The position numbers were made by a program, and so were the translations under genes. Below the pieces are notes generated by a model that was not told the origin of the DNA, ran no database searches, and saw only the letters and a list, made by a program, of their open reading frames with translations. This document shows, in pieces, positions 46,328 through 56,280 of a DNA stretch of 64,000 nt. How positions within the stretch are numbered: the stretch's first letter is position 1; every line of letters starts with the position of its first letter. Source of the DNA: an uncultured Bacteroidota bacterium (lineage in GTDB: Bacteria; Bacteroidota; Ignavibacteria; UBA10030; UBA6906); the NCBI GenBank assembly GCA_963809695.1, contig CAWEKI010000008.1, forward strand, positions 249,739-313,738, given 5' to 3'.

Positions 46328-46352
46328 CCCAACCAAGGCGGTTGGGTTTTTT
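46328..46352 (+). terminator. Rho-independent terminator
   Basis: CCCAACC-AAGGC-GGTTGGG followed by T6. Confidence 0.75.
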
Positions 46353-46420
46353 ATTGGTCGCCGGTAATCCTGAATAGAATCACCGTCCTCGTGCTTTTTT
46401 TGGTGTGGACCCATCCTCTT

Positions 46421-48565
46421 TTGGCTCTCGAGCGCAGGGCATTCCTCGTTCGCGCTGCCGTGCTTGCCGTCCTCCTCACGGCCGGGGTACCGCATCTCCT
46501 CGGCGCCGATGATCCCGACGACCGGGAGCAACAGAGCGGCAGGTCGGAAATTACCTCTCTCCGGTTCGAGGGGAATGAAACGCTCCCCACGTCAGAACTG
46601 CGCCCGGTGCTTGTCACCCGGGAGACTCCCGGATTTTTCAGCAAATTCCTCTATACCAGTATCAGCGAGAAACTGGGGAGACAGAATGAATACTATGACC
46701 CGGTCACCTTCGCCGGCGACATCGAGCGGCTGAAGAAGTATTACAAGAACCGGGGGTTCCTTGACGTCAGCATCGATACCCAGCTCGCCTTTTCCATGCA
46801 TGAGTCGTCCGTGGACATCACGGTCATTCTCCATGAAGGGTACAGGTCGATCATTGACACCCTCACCTATAGGGGCATCGTCGATGCCCCCACCACGATC
46901 TGGCAGGATATTCTCTCGTCTCCCAGGATCGCCCGCGGGGATCCGTACAACAGCCTCCTTCTGGAAGAAGAAGTCAAAAGGGTCCTGCGCATCTTCAACG
47001 ACACCGGCTACCCGAACGCGGTCTTTGTCCGGGACAGTTCTGCCGCGACGCACTATGCGAGCACGCACGACTTCTCCGTGGTCCTGACCTTCGCCCCCGG
47101 GAAACGCTATCTGTTCGGTCCAATTTCCATCCGGCAGGAGACGGACTCCCTCCACCATACGCCCAAACGAGAAGATATTACCGACGACATCATATTGCGC
47201 CACCTGGACTATAAACCCGGGGATTTCTACAGCCTTGACAAGCGCATCAGCAGCGAGAAAAACCTGAACCGGCTCGGCGTGTTCGACCTCCAGAAGATCA
47301 ACACGATCATCCCTCCGAACACGGACACCTCCATCTCTGTGCCGAGCTTCATCACCTTTCGTCCTCGCGACAAGCATGAGCTCGCCCCCGAACTGATCGT
47401 CAGCAACGAAAACAGTGCCTTCAACCTCGGCGCGGGACTTGCGTACAGCAACCGGAATTTCCTGGGAGGGGCACGGATCTTCAGCACCTCCCTGCGGTTT
47501 CGCACGCAGACACTGGGACAGTTCCCAAACTATTTTGTTACCAGCAGCGATGCGATTGCGAATCTTGACCTGACCTTCGAGCTGCTGCAGCCATATATCT
47601 TCACCAACAAGATCAAGGGCACCTGGTCGTTCTCCTTTATTATTGAGAAGCAGCTCCCGTACCGCCTCAATATTGCGCGAAACAAGCTCGGCGTGACCAG
47701 CAGGTTTGCAGAATATACCACCGGGTTTTTGGACTGGACGCTGGAAGCGGTCGATCAGAAGTTGAATCCCAACTTCCACGGCGATCCCAGCGATCCGGAT
47801 ATCGCAGAACAGCTGAGGCTGTTGTCGGCCTACCCGAAACAACTGAATTCCATCCTTGCGTACACCTTGCAGCGCGACCGTACGAACGACGTCTTCTCCC
47901 CGTCGGAAGGTTTCATTCATTCCTTCACGGTGGAGGAAGCAGGGATTCTTCCCATGACACTGAAGAACCTGTTCAAGCGCCTGCCGTTCACCCAGTTCTA
48001 CATGGTGAGCGCGGTTGGCCGGTGGTATTCCGATCTCACGACGCACCGCTTTTCGATCCTTGCCTTTAAACTCAAAGCCGCCCTGGAGGGGAAATGGGGG
48101 GAATCCCGTTCCGACACCTCGCGCCTGATCCCTCAAACGTACCGTTTCTATGCCGGCGGCAGCGGAAGCTTGCGGGGTTGGAACTCCAGGGAATTGATCG
48201 CGCATGCGGATCCACAACTGGCCCAACTTGGCGGAAACCTGTTGCTCGAAGGAAGCGTGGAGCTGCGTACGGCGCTCCTGCAAAACCTGCATGACGGCCT
48301 GTTCGATAAATTCTGGATCGTCCAATTCGTTGATGTCGGAAATCTCTGGCCCGAGACCCGCGACTTTCGCTATCAGGAGATTGCCATCGATGCAGGCCTG
48401 GGGCTTCGTTATGACACGTTCTTGGGGCCGTTTCGCATCGACTGGGGGTTCCGCATCTATAACCCCATGGAGCCTGTCGGGCAACGCTGGATCACCCAGC
48501 GGAAGCTCTTTGGGCAGACATTCAAGGAGGGAGTGTTTCACTTTGGCATCGGGCATGCGTTCTAG
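46421..48565 (+). CDS. BamA/TamA-family (Omp85) outer-membrane protein
   Basis: POTRA repeats (FEGN, YYKNRGF), RFYAGGSGSLRGW, GLGLRY, GPFRIDWG, HFGIGHAF; start uncertain (46307-46421). Confidence 0.9.
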   Translation: MALERRAFLVRAAVLAVLLTAGVPHLLGADDPDDREQQSGRSEITSLRFEGNETLPTSELRPVLVTRETPGFFSKFLYTSISEKLGRQNEYYDPVTFAGDIERLKKYYKNRGFLDVSIDTQLAFSMHESSVDITVILHEGYRSIIDTLTYRGIVDAPTTIWQDILSSPRIARGDPYNSLLLEEEVKRVLRIFNDTGYPNAVFVRDSSAATHYASTHDFSVVLTFAPGKRYLFGPISIRQETDSLHHTPKREDITDDIILRHLDYKPGDFYSLDKRISSEKNLNRLGVFDLQKINTIIPPNTDTSISVPSFITFRPRDKHELAPELIVSNENSAFNLGAGLAYSNRNFLGGARIFSTSLRFRTQTLGQFPNYFVTSSDAIANLDLTFELLQPYIFTNKIKGTWSFSFIIEKQLPYRLNIARNKLGVTSRFAEYTTGFLDWTLEAVDQKLNPNFHGDPSDPDIAEQLRLLSAYPKQLNSILAYTLQRDRTNDVFSPSEGFIHSFTVEEAGILPMTLKNLFKRLPFTQFYMVSAVGRWYSDLTTHRFSILAFKLKAALEGKWGESRSDTSRLIPQTYRFYAGGSGSLRGWNSRELIAHADPQLAQLGGNLLLEGSVELRTALLQNLHDGLFDKFWIVQFVDVGNLWPETRDFRYQEIAIDAGLGLRYDTFLGPFRIDWGFRIYNPMEPVGQRWITQRKLFGQTFKEGVFHFGIGHAF

Positions 48566-48595
48566 CACCACTTCTTGGGGGGGAATGAAGCAGGC

Positions 48596-49714
48596 ATGAT
48601 CTGGCCGCGCGTCATAGGACAACAACGGGTCAAGGCAACGCTGCTGAGCGCCCTCCGGACCAGGCGTCTTGCGCACGCCTATTTGTTCTACGGGGGAGAA
48701 GGGGTGGGAAAAGATGCCATGGCGCTTGAGCTTGCACGTGTGATCCACTGCGAACGCGGGGGAGAAGAACCCTGCGGTGTGTGCACGTCCTGTCTTCATT
48801 TAGACACTCTCCAACACCCGGATGTGCATCTCGTCTGCGCACTTCCTGTGGGTAAAGGAGAAGATAAAGAAGACAGCCCGACTGCGAAACTCTCCGAACA
48901 GGAGATTGACACGATCCAGGAGGAGTTGAGGCAAAAAGGGGCCGATCCGTACCATCGCATCACCATTCCCCGGGCAGGCATTATTAAAGTCAACAGTGTC
49001 CGGACCGTGCGCCGGGAGTCGTCCATGAGCACAACCGACAGGCGGCGGAAGGTTTTTGTCATCTCCGACGCGGATCGCATGGGCGACGAGGCGGCCAACA
49101 CGCTGTTGAAGACCCTGGAGGAGCCGGCCGGCAACACCATGCTCATTCTTACCACCGCGCATCGCGATGCGCTTCTTCCCACCATTCTCTCTCGCTGCCA
49201 GAACGTCCGCTTCGACCGGTTGACGGAGCAAGAGATCCGCACCGCGCTGGTTGAGCGTAAACGAGTGGATGCCCGGCAGGCGGAGCTTGCTGCCCGCCTT
49301 GCCGATGGAAGCTACACTCGTGCGCTCTCCCTTCTCACGGAAGACGTCGATCAGTGGAGACGCGACGTGCTCGCGTTCGTCCGGAGCGCGCTTGCCAACA
49401 ACGTGTCGTCACTCATGCAGGCCGTGGAGAAGGTCACCGACCTGAAGGACCGGGTACTGGTAAACCGTTTTCTTGTGCTGCTCCTCATGTGGTTCCGGGA
49501 TGCGCTGGTGCTCATGCACGGAGGTGTGATCATCAACGTGGATCAACAAGAGGACCTGAAAAGGTTCCTGGTGAAGTTCCCGCATGCCGACCTCCTCCAG
49601 GCCCTCGCCCATGTCGAAAAGGCTATTTCCCTTGTCGAAAGAAACGTGTACATTAAGCTCGTGATTCTGAACCTCGCCATCCGACTGAAGGCGGACATCC
49701 TGCACACGGAATGA
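48596..49714 (+). CDS. holB: DNA polymerase III subunit delta'
   Basis: AHAYLFYG..GVGK, C..PCG.C.SC, HPD, AANTLLKTLEEP, LPTILSRC. Confidence 0.93.
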   Translation: MIWPRVIGQQRVKATLLSALRTRRLAHAYLFYGGEGVGKDAMALELARVIHCERGGEEPCGVCTSCLHLDTLQHPDVHLVCALPVGKGEDKEDSPTAKLSEQEIDTIQEELRQKGADPYHRITIPRAGIIKVNSVRTVRRESSMSTTDRRRKVFVISDADRMGDEAANTLLKTLEEPAGNTMLILTTAHRDALLPTILSRCQNVRFDRLTEQEIRTALVERKRVDARQAELAARLADGSYTRALSLLTEDVDQWRRDVLAFVRSALANNVSSLMQAVEKVTDLKDRVLVNRFLVLLLMWFRDALVLMHGGVIINVDQQEDLKRFLVKFPHADLLQALAHVEKAISLVERNVYIKLVILNLAIRLKADILHTE

Positions 49715-49720
49715 ACGATC

Positions 49721-51787
49721 ATGATTGATGCCCAGCGCATTCTTGTCACCGCGGCTCTCCCGTACGCCAATGGCCCGATTCACCTTGGGCACCTTGCCGG
49801 AGCGTACCTCCCGTCGGATATCTACGTGCGATTTCAGCGGCTGCGGGGACGCGAGGTGGTCTACATCTGCGGATCCGACGAGCATGGCGTTCCGATCACC
49901 CTTACGGCGGACAAGGAAGGCGTTTCGCCTCACGTGGTCGTGGACCGTTACCATGAGATGAACAAAGCTGCCTTCGCGCAATTCGGCATAAGCTTTGACA
50001 ACTATTCCCGCACCAGCCTGCCGATGCACCACCGGACGGCCCAGGAATTCTTCGTTGAATTCCACCGGCGGGGAATCCTGAAGGAGAAGAAGGAAAAGCA
50101 GTTCTACGACGACCAGGCAAACATGTTTCTCCCGGATCGGTACGTCGAAGGGACCTGCCCGGTCTGTGGCAACCCGGACGCGCGCGGAGACCAGTGCGAA
50201 AAATGCGGTACGTACCTGAACCCGATGGAACTCATCAATCCCCGTTCCAAGATTACCGGACGTACCCCGGTGGTCCGTGAGACGTCGCACTGGTATTTTC
50301 CCCTCGGCGACTATCAGGCCAGGCTCGAAGAGTACATTCGGAAGGCGGATGCGCAGGACGGCTGGAAGGAAAATGTGCTGCAATATTGCCGCGGGTGGTT
50401 CAAGGACGGCCTTCAGGACCGGGCGGTGACGCGGGATCTGGATTGGGGGGTGAAGGTCCCGCTGCCGGGATACGAAAACAAGGTCATCTATGTCTGGTTC
50501 GACGCGGTGCTTGGATATATCTCCTCGTCCAGAGAATGGTCGGAGAAGATCGGCAAACCTGAAGAATGGAAGAAGTTCTGGCTTGACGCCGGGACAAAAT
50601 ACGTCGCGTTCATCGGGAAGGATAATGTCGTTTTTCACTGCATTGTCTTCCCGGCCATGCTCATGGCATGGAACGAGGGGGACCGCCCGGAGAAGTATGT
50701 CCTGCCCGCAAACGTCCCGGCGAATGAATTCCTGAACTTCGAAGGGGAGAAATTCTCGAAGAGCCGTGGATGGGGCATTGACGTCAGGGATATCCTGGCC
50801 CGCTATCCCGCCGATCCGCTCCGGTATTACCTCGCGGTCTCGCTCCCGGAATATCGCGACTCGGATTTTACGTGGAGGGATTTTCAAGCCAGGACGAACA
50901 ACGAGCTTGCGGACATCCTGGGGAATTTCGTGAACCGCACCCTTGCATTTGCGGCGCGGACGTTCAAGGGTGTCGTGCCGGAGCGGAAGGAGCTTGCACC
51001 GCTTGACCTGGCGATGGAACAGACGCTCTCCAGAATTCCCGCTCTGGTGGCTGAACAATTCGAGCGGTACCGGTTCCGCGAGGGGGTGCTCGAAATCATG
51101 AACCTCGCCCGGGCCGCCAACAAATATTTCAATGACAGCGAGCCGTGGAAGACGGCGAAGTCCGATATTGACCGGTGCGCCGCGGCGATCAACACCAGCC
51201 TTCGCGTGGCTCGTGCCCTGGCAATTCTGGCCTCTCCGGTGATTCCCTTCTCCTGTGAAAAGATCTGGAGAATGCTGAATCTTCCCGGCGAAGCCGCGAA
51301 GCAGTCATGGGATTCGGCCGCCGGGTCGGAGATCCCCCCCGGCCATCAGCTCGGAACCGCGGAGATTCTCTTCATAAAAATTGAGGACGACGTGATCGAA
51401 GATGAGTTGAAGAACCTGGGGCAGCCAGCTCCGGCCGCCCCCCCGAAAGAGCCGGAGAAGCAGGCCATCACGATGGATGAGTTCAAGAAGATCGATCTCC
51501 GTGTGGCCAGAGTGCTGGGAGCCGAGAACGTGCCAAAATCGCAAAAGCTGTTAAAGCTCCAGGTGGAAATTGGTGCCGAAAGACGGCAGGTCATAGCCGG
51601 CATAGCCCAGCAGTACACGCCGGAGGAATTGGTCGGCAAATCTGTCGTGGTTGTGTTCAACCTCCAGCCCACACGGTTGATGGGGCAGGAATCGCAGGGA
51701 ATGTTGCTGGCAGCGTCGGATGGGGCCGGGAAGCTGGTCTTCATTACACCATCGGCTGAGATACCGAGCGGGAGCGTGGTGAAGTAA
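49721..51787 (+). CDS. metG: Methionine--tRNA ligase
   Basis: ALPYANGPIHLGH, YVWFDA, KFSKS, C-terminal tRNA-binding domain ESQGMLL. Confidence 0.98.
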   Translation: MIDAQRILVTAALPYANGPIHLGHLAGAYLPSDIYVRFQRLRGREVVYICGSDEHGVPITLTADKEGVSPHVVVDRYHEMNKAAFAQFGISFDNYSRTSLPMHHRTAQEFFVEFHRRGILKEKKEKQFYDDQANMFLPDRYVEGTCPVCGNPDARGDQCEKCGTYLNPMELINPRSKITGRTPVVRETSHWYFPLGDYQARLEEYIRKADAQDGWKENVLQYCRGWFKDGLQDRAVTRDLDWGVKVPLPGYENKVIYVWFDAVLGYISSSREWSEKIGKPEEWKKFWLDAGTKYVAFIGKDNVVFHCIVFPAMLMAWNEGDRPEKYVLPANVPANEFLNFEGEKFSKSRGWGIDVRDILARYPADPLRYYLAVSLPEYRDSDFTWRDFQARTNNELADILGNFVNRTLAFAARTFKGVVPERKELAPLDLAMEQTLSRIPALVAEQFERYRFREGVLEIMNLARAANKYFNDSEPWKTAKSDIDRCAAAINTSLRVARALAILASPVIPFSCEKIWRMLNLPGEAAKQSWDSAAGSEIPPGHQLGTAEILFIKIEDDVIEDELKNLGQPAPAAPPKEPEKQAITMDEFKKIDLRVARVLGAENVPKSQKLLKLQVEIGAERRQVIAGIAQQYTPEELVGKSVVVVFNLQPTRLMGQESQGMLLAASDGAGKLVFITPSAEIPSGSVVK

Positions 51788-51790
51788 AGA

Positions 51791-52000
51791 GAAAAACGCG
51801 CAGCAAAAGGCGAACACGGTGAACACGGAGAAGGCAAAGGGCCGCGCAGAGAGACAGAATATCGAGGTAGAGGCAAAATCAACATCGTGGTTTAGCTCTA
51901 CTGTGAGCCCGCCGGCTTTTCCTCATTGCCTAAATGCCTTCTCTCCATGGCCCCCTTGAGTGCTCTGTATCCTGTATGCTCCTCTTTTCCTTGCGTTTTC
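51791..52000. repeat. Long degenerate inverted repeat (purine-rich then pyrimidine-rich arm)
   Basis: AAAACGC/GCGTTTT and GAGAAGGCA/TGCCTTCTC pairs; tandem GAACACGG x2. Confidence 0.45.
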
Positions 52001-52019
52001 GGTGTTCCAAGCGTATCTT
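51991..52019 (+). promoter_or_regulatory. sigma70-like promoter
   Basis: TTGCGT-N17-TATCTT. Confidence 0.55.
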
Positions 52020-52041
52020 ATACTGTATACGACAGTTCTTT

Positions 52042-52557
52042 ATGAGAAATGTTTACCCGGTTTTTGTCCTGATGCTCTTTGGCGTGCTTGTATTCCCGGG
52101 TTGTGACGAGGGAATTCAGGCACCGCCGGAGAATTCCGCCGCTGGGGGCCCGCGGGTGAGCGGCTTCAGCGGCACGATCAGATACAAGAATTGGCCTCCC
52201 CCGGACAGCCTGGTCGATCTTCGCTTGGTTGCTTTCACGCAGTTTCCTCCCACGAACATTGTCGCTGATGCCCTCACGGGAAAGGCGATCGTGTATCCGC
52301 CGATCGGCCAGTCCTCGCTCCCATTCAATGTTGACACAGTCCACTATTTTGTGCCCGCCGTTGCCGGCGTATACCCGTACGTCGTCGTGGCCCAACAGTA
52401 CGGGTCGAATGTGTTTCAGGACTGGCGGGCAGTGGGGCAGTACGATCTTGACACCAACCTCGCAGTCCCGTCGGCCATCCAGGTGCCGACGGATGATACA
52501 TTGAAGCATGTCGACATCAACGTCGATTTTTCCCACCGTCCACCACAGCCCTTCTGA
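52042..52557 (+). CDS. Hypothetical lipoprotein
   Basis: Signal MRNVYPVFVLMLFGVLVFPG-C(DEGIQAP); stop overlaps receptor start (TGATG). Confidence 0.75.
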   Translation: MRNVYPVFVLMLFGVLVFPGCDEGIQAPPENSAAGGPRVSGFSGTIRYKNWPPPDSLVDLRLVAFTQFPPTNIVADALTGKAIVYPPIGQSSLPFNVDTVHYFVPAVAGVYPYVVVAQQYGSNVFQDWRAVGQYDLDTNLAVPSAIQVPTDDTLKHVDINVDFSHRPPQPF

Positions 52558-54725
52558 TGAGATCATTCCTCGTCATCTGGATCCTTTCATTAGCGACTGC
52601 CGCAGCGCAGACCGGAGTAATTACCGGGCGTGTCACGGATATGCGCTCGGGCGAGCCTCTTCCCGGTGTGAACGTCCTGGTGCAGGGCACGCTTCGCGGA
52701 GCCGCGACGGATACCAGCGGCAGGTTTTCCATTCAGGCGGTCCGGCCCGGAACATACACCCTTTCGTTTGCACTGGTGGGGTACAAGCGAGAGATGCGCT
52801 CCGGAGTCCCCGTCACCGAAGCGAAGGCGATCGACCTTGTCGTGCAACTCTCCGCCGTGGCAATTTCAACGGAGCCTGTTGTGGTGACGGCAAGTAAGCA
52901 CGAGCAGTCGTTCCAGGAAGTGCCCGCAAGCGTTTCTGTGCTTGATGCTGCGGGCCTGGCGTATCGCAATGCCGTCACGGTGGACGAAGCATTGCGTTAT
53001 GTGCCCGGGGTGAACATGACGTATGACCAGGTGAACATTCGCGGCTCAAGTGGTTACAGCCGCGGGGCCGGGAGCAGAGTGTTGCTTCTGGTGGACGGGA
53101 TTCCGCTGTTGACCGGGGATACAGGCGAGCTGAATTTTGAGTCAATTCCGACCGGCCAGATAGACCGGATCGAAGTTGTCAAGGGGGCAGCGTCAGCGCT
53201 GTACGGGTCGAGTGCCCTGGGGGGTGTCATCAACGTGATCACCCGCCGGGTTCCTGATGACCCTGAAACACGGATTCGTGCGTATGGAGACATGTACGCC
53301 AAGCCGTCATTCAGTCAATGGGACTGGAGCGGGGGTACCAGGTTCCAGGGGGGAATTTCGGCGAGCCACTCGCGCCATATCGGGCCGGTGGGGCTCTCGT
53401 TGTATGCTTCTCGCATGACTGATGACAGCTACCGTCAGAATGATTGGAAAAAGCGTACAAACCTGGCGTTGCGGTCGGACGTTGGTCTCTCGGCAGACGA
53501 CGTTCTGTCGGTCACCGCCAACTATCTTAATCAATACCGGGGGGCATACCTGTACTGGAAGGATCTGGCTCACGCGCTTGTGCCACCGGATGCCTACCAG
53601 GGTGAAACGATCCATTCCACAAGGTTCTACACGACCGCGATCTACACGCACACGATTGCACCCAGCGCATTGGTGACCACGCGGGCGCTCTGGTTCAAGA
53701 ATCGCTTCACGGATACCCTCGGTGACCGCGTGGATGAATCGAAATCGGACGTGTTGCGCGGCGAGGTCCAGGTTTCCTGGTTGCCGACGGATCGGCACAT
53801 TCTCGCGTTTGGAGTGGAGGGAAATTACGATCAAGTGAGGGCAAGCCTGTTCGGCAACCATCACGGCGGTGGCGGAGCGGCCTACGCTCAGGACGAAATG
53901 ACGCTTTTCGATCCGCTCCGGCTGACACTTGGTGCCCGCTTCGATATCCAGTCGCTAGATTCCATGGAGACCAGCTCACAGTTCAACCCGAAAGCTGCTC
54001 TTGTCTATGCGCTTGCTGCCGGTACGGCCCTTCGCGCCTCTGTGGGGAGAGGATTCCGCTCACCCACGGTTGCGGAAGCATTCACGAGCACGAACATCGG
54101 GGGCTTCACCATCGTTCCGAATCCTGCGTTGAAGCCCGAGCGGAGCATCTCTTACGAGGTGGGAGCAAACCAGGTCCTGGGCGAGAATGCGGTCATCGAC
54201 CTTGCTCTCTTCCAAAATGATTTCTGGGACCTCATCGAGACCGGTTTCAATGCACAGGGACAAGGGCAGTTCAGCAATGTGACACGAGCCCGGATCAGGG
54301 GCCTCGAATTCTCCTCCCAGCTCCAGTTTTTCAAAAGGGCTCTTTCCTGTGAACTCAGCTATACCTATATTGATCCCAGGGACCTCACAGCGAACGATGT
54401 TCTCAAGTATCGCCACCGTCATATCTTCTATCTCTCGGCCGTCGGGCATGTCAGCCTCTTCTCGCTCGGAGTGGACTTTCGCTACCTCAGCAAGATGGAA
54501 AAGATTGACCAGGAATTCGTTACTCTTGGCATCATCAAGAACGGGGATGTGGTCGTGCCTATCAAGGTGGTTGACCTCCGGCTTGGGGCGGATCTCTCCT
54601 TCGTGGGCGTTCCTTTGAATGCCACATTCAACATCAATAATATCTTCCAGTACAACTACGTCGAACTGATCGGCAATATGGCTCCCCCCAGGACGTTCAT
54701 TCTGACGCTCGAAACCCGCTTTTGA
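52557..54725 (+). CDS. TonB-dependent receptor (BtuB/CirA-like plug)
   Basis: VVVTAS, IRGSSG, IDRIEVVKG..SALYGSSALGGVINVIT, NPALKPE, C-terminal Phe. Confidence 0.92.
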   Translation: MRSFLVIWILSLATAAAQTGVITGRVTDMRSGEPLPGVNVLVQGTLRGAATDTSGRFSIQAVRPGTYTLSFALVGYKREMRSGVPVTEAKAIDLVVQLSAVAISTEPVVVTASKHEQSFQEVPASVSVLDAAGLAYRNAVTVDEALRYVPGVNMTYDQVNIRGSSGYSRGAGSRVLLLVDGIPLLTGDTGELNFESIPTGQIDRIEVVKGAASALYGSSALGGVINVITRRVPDDPETRIRAYGDMYAKPSFSQWDWSGGTRFQGGISASHSRHIGPVGLSLYASRMTDDSYRQNDWKKRTNLALRSDVGLSADDVLSVTANYLNQYRGAYLYWKDLAHALVPPDAYQGETIHSTRFYTTAIYTHTIAPSALVTTRALWFKNRFTDTLGDRVDESKSDVLRGEVQVSWLPTDRHILAFGVEGNYDQVRASLFGNHHGGGGAAYAQDEMTLFDPLRLTLGARFDIQSLDSMETSSQFNPKAALVYALAAGTALRASVGRGFRSPTVAEAFTSTNIGGFTIVPNPALKPERSISYEVGANQVLGENAVIDLALFQNDFWDLIETGFNAQGQGQFSNVTRARIRGLEFSSQLQFFKRALSCELSYTYIDPRDLTANDVLKYRHRHIFYLSAVGHVSLFSLGVDFRYLSKMEKIDQEFVTLGIIKNGDVVVPIKVVDLRLGADLSFVGVPLNATFNINNIFQYNYVELIGNMAPPRTFILTLETRF

Positions 54726-54769
54726 GAAAGCTCCTCACGCCCGCCTGAATGGACCCTGCCACCTGCTTT

Positions 54770-54798
54770 TTGCATCTTCCGCCCCCTTTTCGTAAAGT
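54770..54798 (+). promoter_or_regulatory. sigma70-like promoter for tatD fusion
   Basis: TTGCAT-N17-TAAAGT. Confidence 0.5.
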
Positions 54799-54818
54799 AT
54801 AAGATATCTCAACCATCT

Positions 54819-56226
54819 ATGTTTGTCGATTCACACGCACATATTACTGCGGACGCATTTGCATCTGACCGCGACGAAGTGATCCGGAGAGCCGTGGATG
54901 CGGGGGTGGAGTACATCATAAATCCCGGAACGGATCTCGAAGACAGCCGTAAGGCGGTGGAGCTTGCTGACAAACACCCCGGCGTATTTGCCTGCGTTGG
55001 GTACCATCCGCACGAAGCAAGCAAGGCAAGCGAGAAATCGCTGCTGGAAATTGAAGAGCTCAGCAAGCATCCCAAGGTCGTTGGCATTGGAGAGATCGGC
55101 CTGGATTTCCATTACAACTTCTCCCCTCCCGATAGACAGGAAGCCATTTTCATCGAGCAGATCAAGATCGCTCAGCGGCGCAACCTTCCGATTGTCATCC
55201 ACACCAGGGAGGCTATGGAGCTCTACGCTGCGCATCGTGGAAGGCGCGATTGCGCAAAACGGAACGTCCTGGCGGGCGCCGTCTCCCGCGGCACGAAGCC
55301 GACACGGCGCGCCCCGTGGGGTTTTCCATTGCTTTCCCGGTGATGTTGCCCTGGCATGGAAGGTGATCGACATGGGTTTCTTCGTCTCACTTCCAGGCAT
55401 TGTCACTTTCAGGAATAGCGGGAACGCTGCCCGAGTGGCGGCGGAGATATCGCCCGAGCACCTGTTGCTGGAAACAGACAGTCCCTATCTCGCTCCGGTC
55501 CCTCATCGGGGAAAGCGCAACGAGCCGGCGTTCCTTCCGTTGATCGCCTCGCGCATCGCCGAATTGCAGGGTCTGCGTGCAGACGATGTCGGCCGGGCGA
55601 CGAATTACAACGTCTTTCAGTTGTTCGGCATCGGTTCGGTTGGGGCGCCGCAGATCACCTACAGATTGAAGAACTCCCTCTACATCAATCTGACGATCAG
55701 GTGCAATGCCGATTGCGTCTTTTGCGACAGGAAGGGGGAGGCCGTCATCAAAGGCAACAACCTTCGGATTGAACGGGAGCCGACGGTGGAGGAAGTGATA
55801 GCGGAGATTGGGGATCCCACACGATACGAGGAGATCGTTTTCTGCGGATACGGCGAGCCGACCATCCGGCTGGAGGATCTCAAGCAGATTGCGCGGCGGG
55901 TGAAGGAGATGGGAGGCAAAACACGACTCAACACGGATGGACACGGAAGTGTCATCAACAAAAGGAACATTGTTCCGGAGCTTGTGGGGCTTCTTGATGC
56001 TGTATCAATTAGCCTGAACACCACCGATCCCGATCAATACGGCCGCCTGATGAGGATCAACGGTGCGGTCTTCTTCCCCGCGATGATGGAATTCGCCCGT
56101 GAGGCCGTCAAGAGTCTGCCACGCGTGGTCCTGACGGTGGTGGATCTCGAAGAGGTGGACAAGGAAAAGGCAAGGCGCTTGGCGGAGGAGATCGGGGCGG
56201 TCTTCTATCAGCGGCCGTATTTTTGA
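54819..56226 (+). CDS. tatD: TatD DNase fused to TatD-associated radical SAM domain, interrupted by a +1 frameshift near 55221
   Basis: DSHAH, GYHPH, GEIGLDF, IHTREA in frame 1; GVFHCF, LETDSPY, RGKRNEP, then CNADCVFC, FCGYGEP, NTDG in frame 2. Confidence 0.85.
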
Positions 56227-56280
56227 GTAGTTGCCACTGATGGGGCGGAGGATCCCCATTCCTCATGGATCAGAAAAAAA

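Noticed and set aside
51788-52041. Cobalamin riboswitch before the BtuB-like receptor operon
   Set aside because: No B12-box or conserved core visible, and the predicted promoter lies only ~20 nt before the start codon
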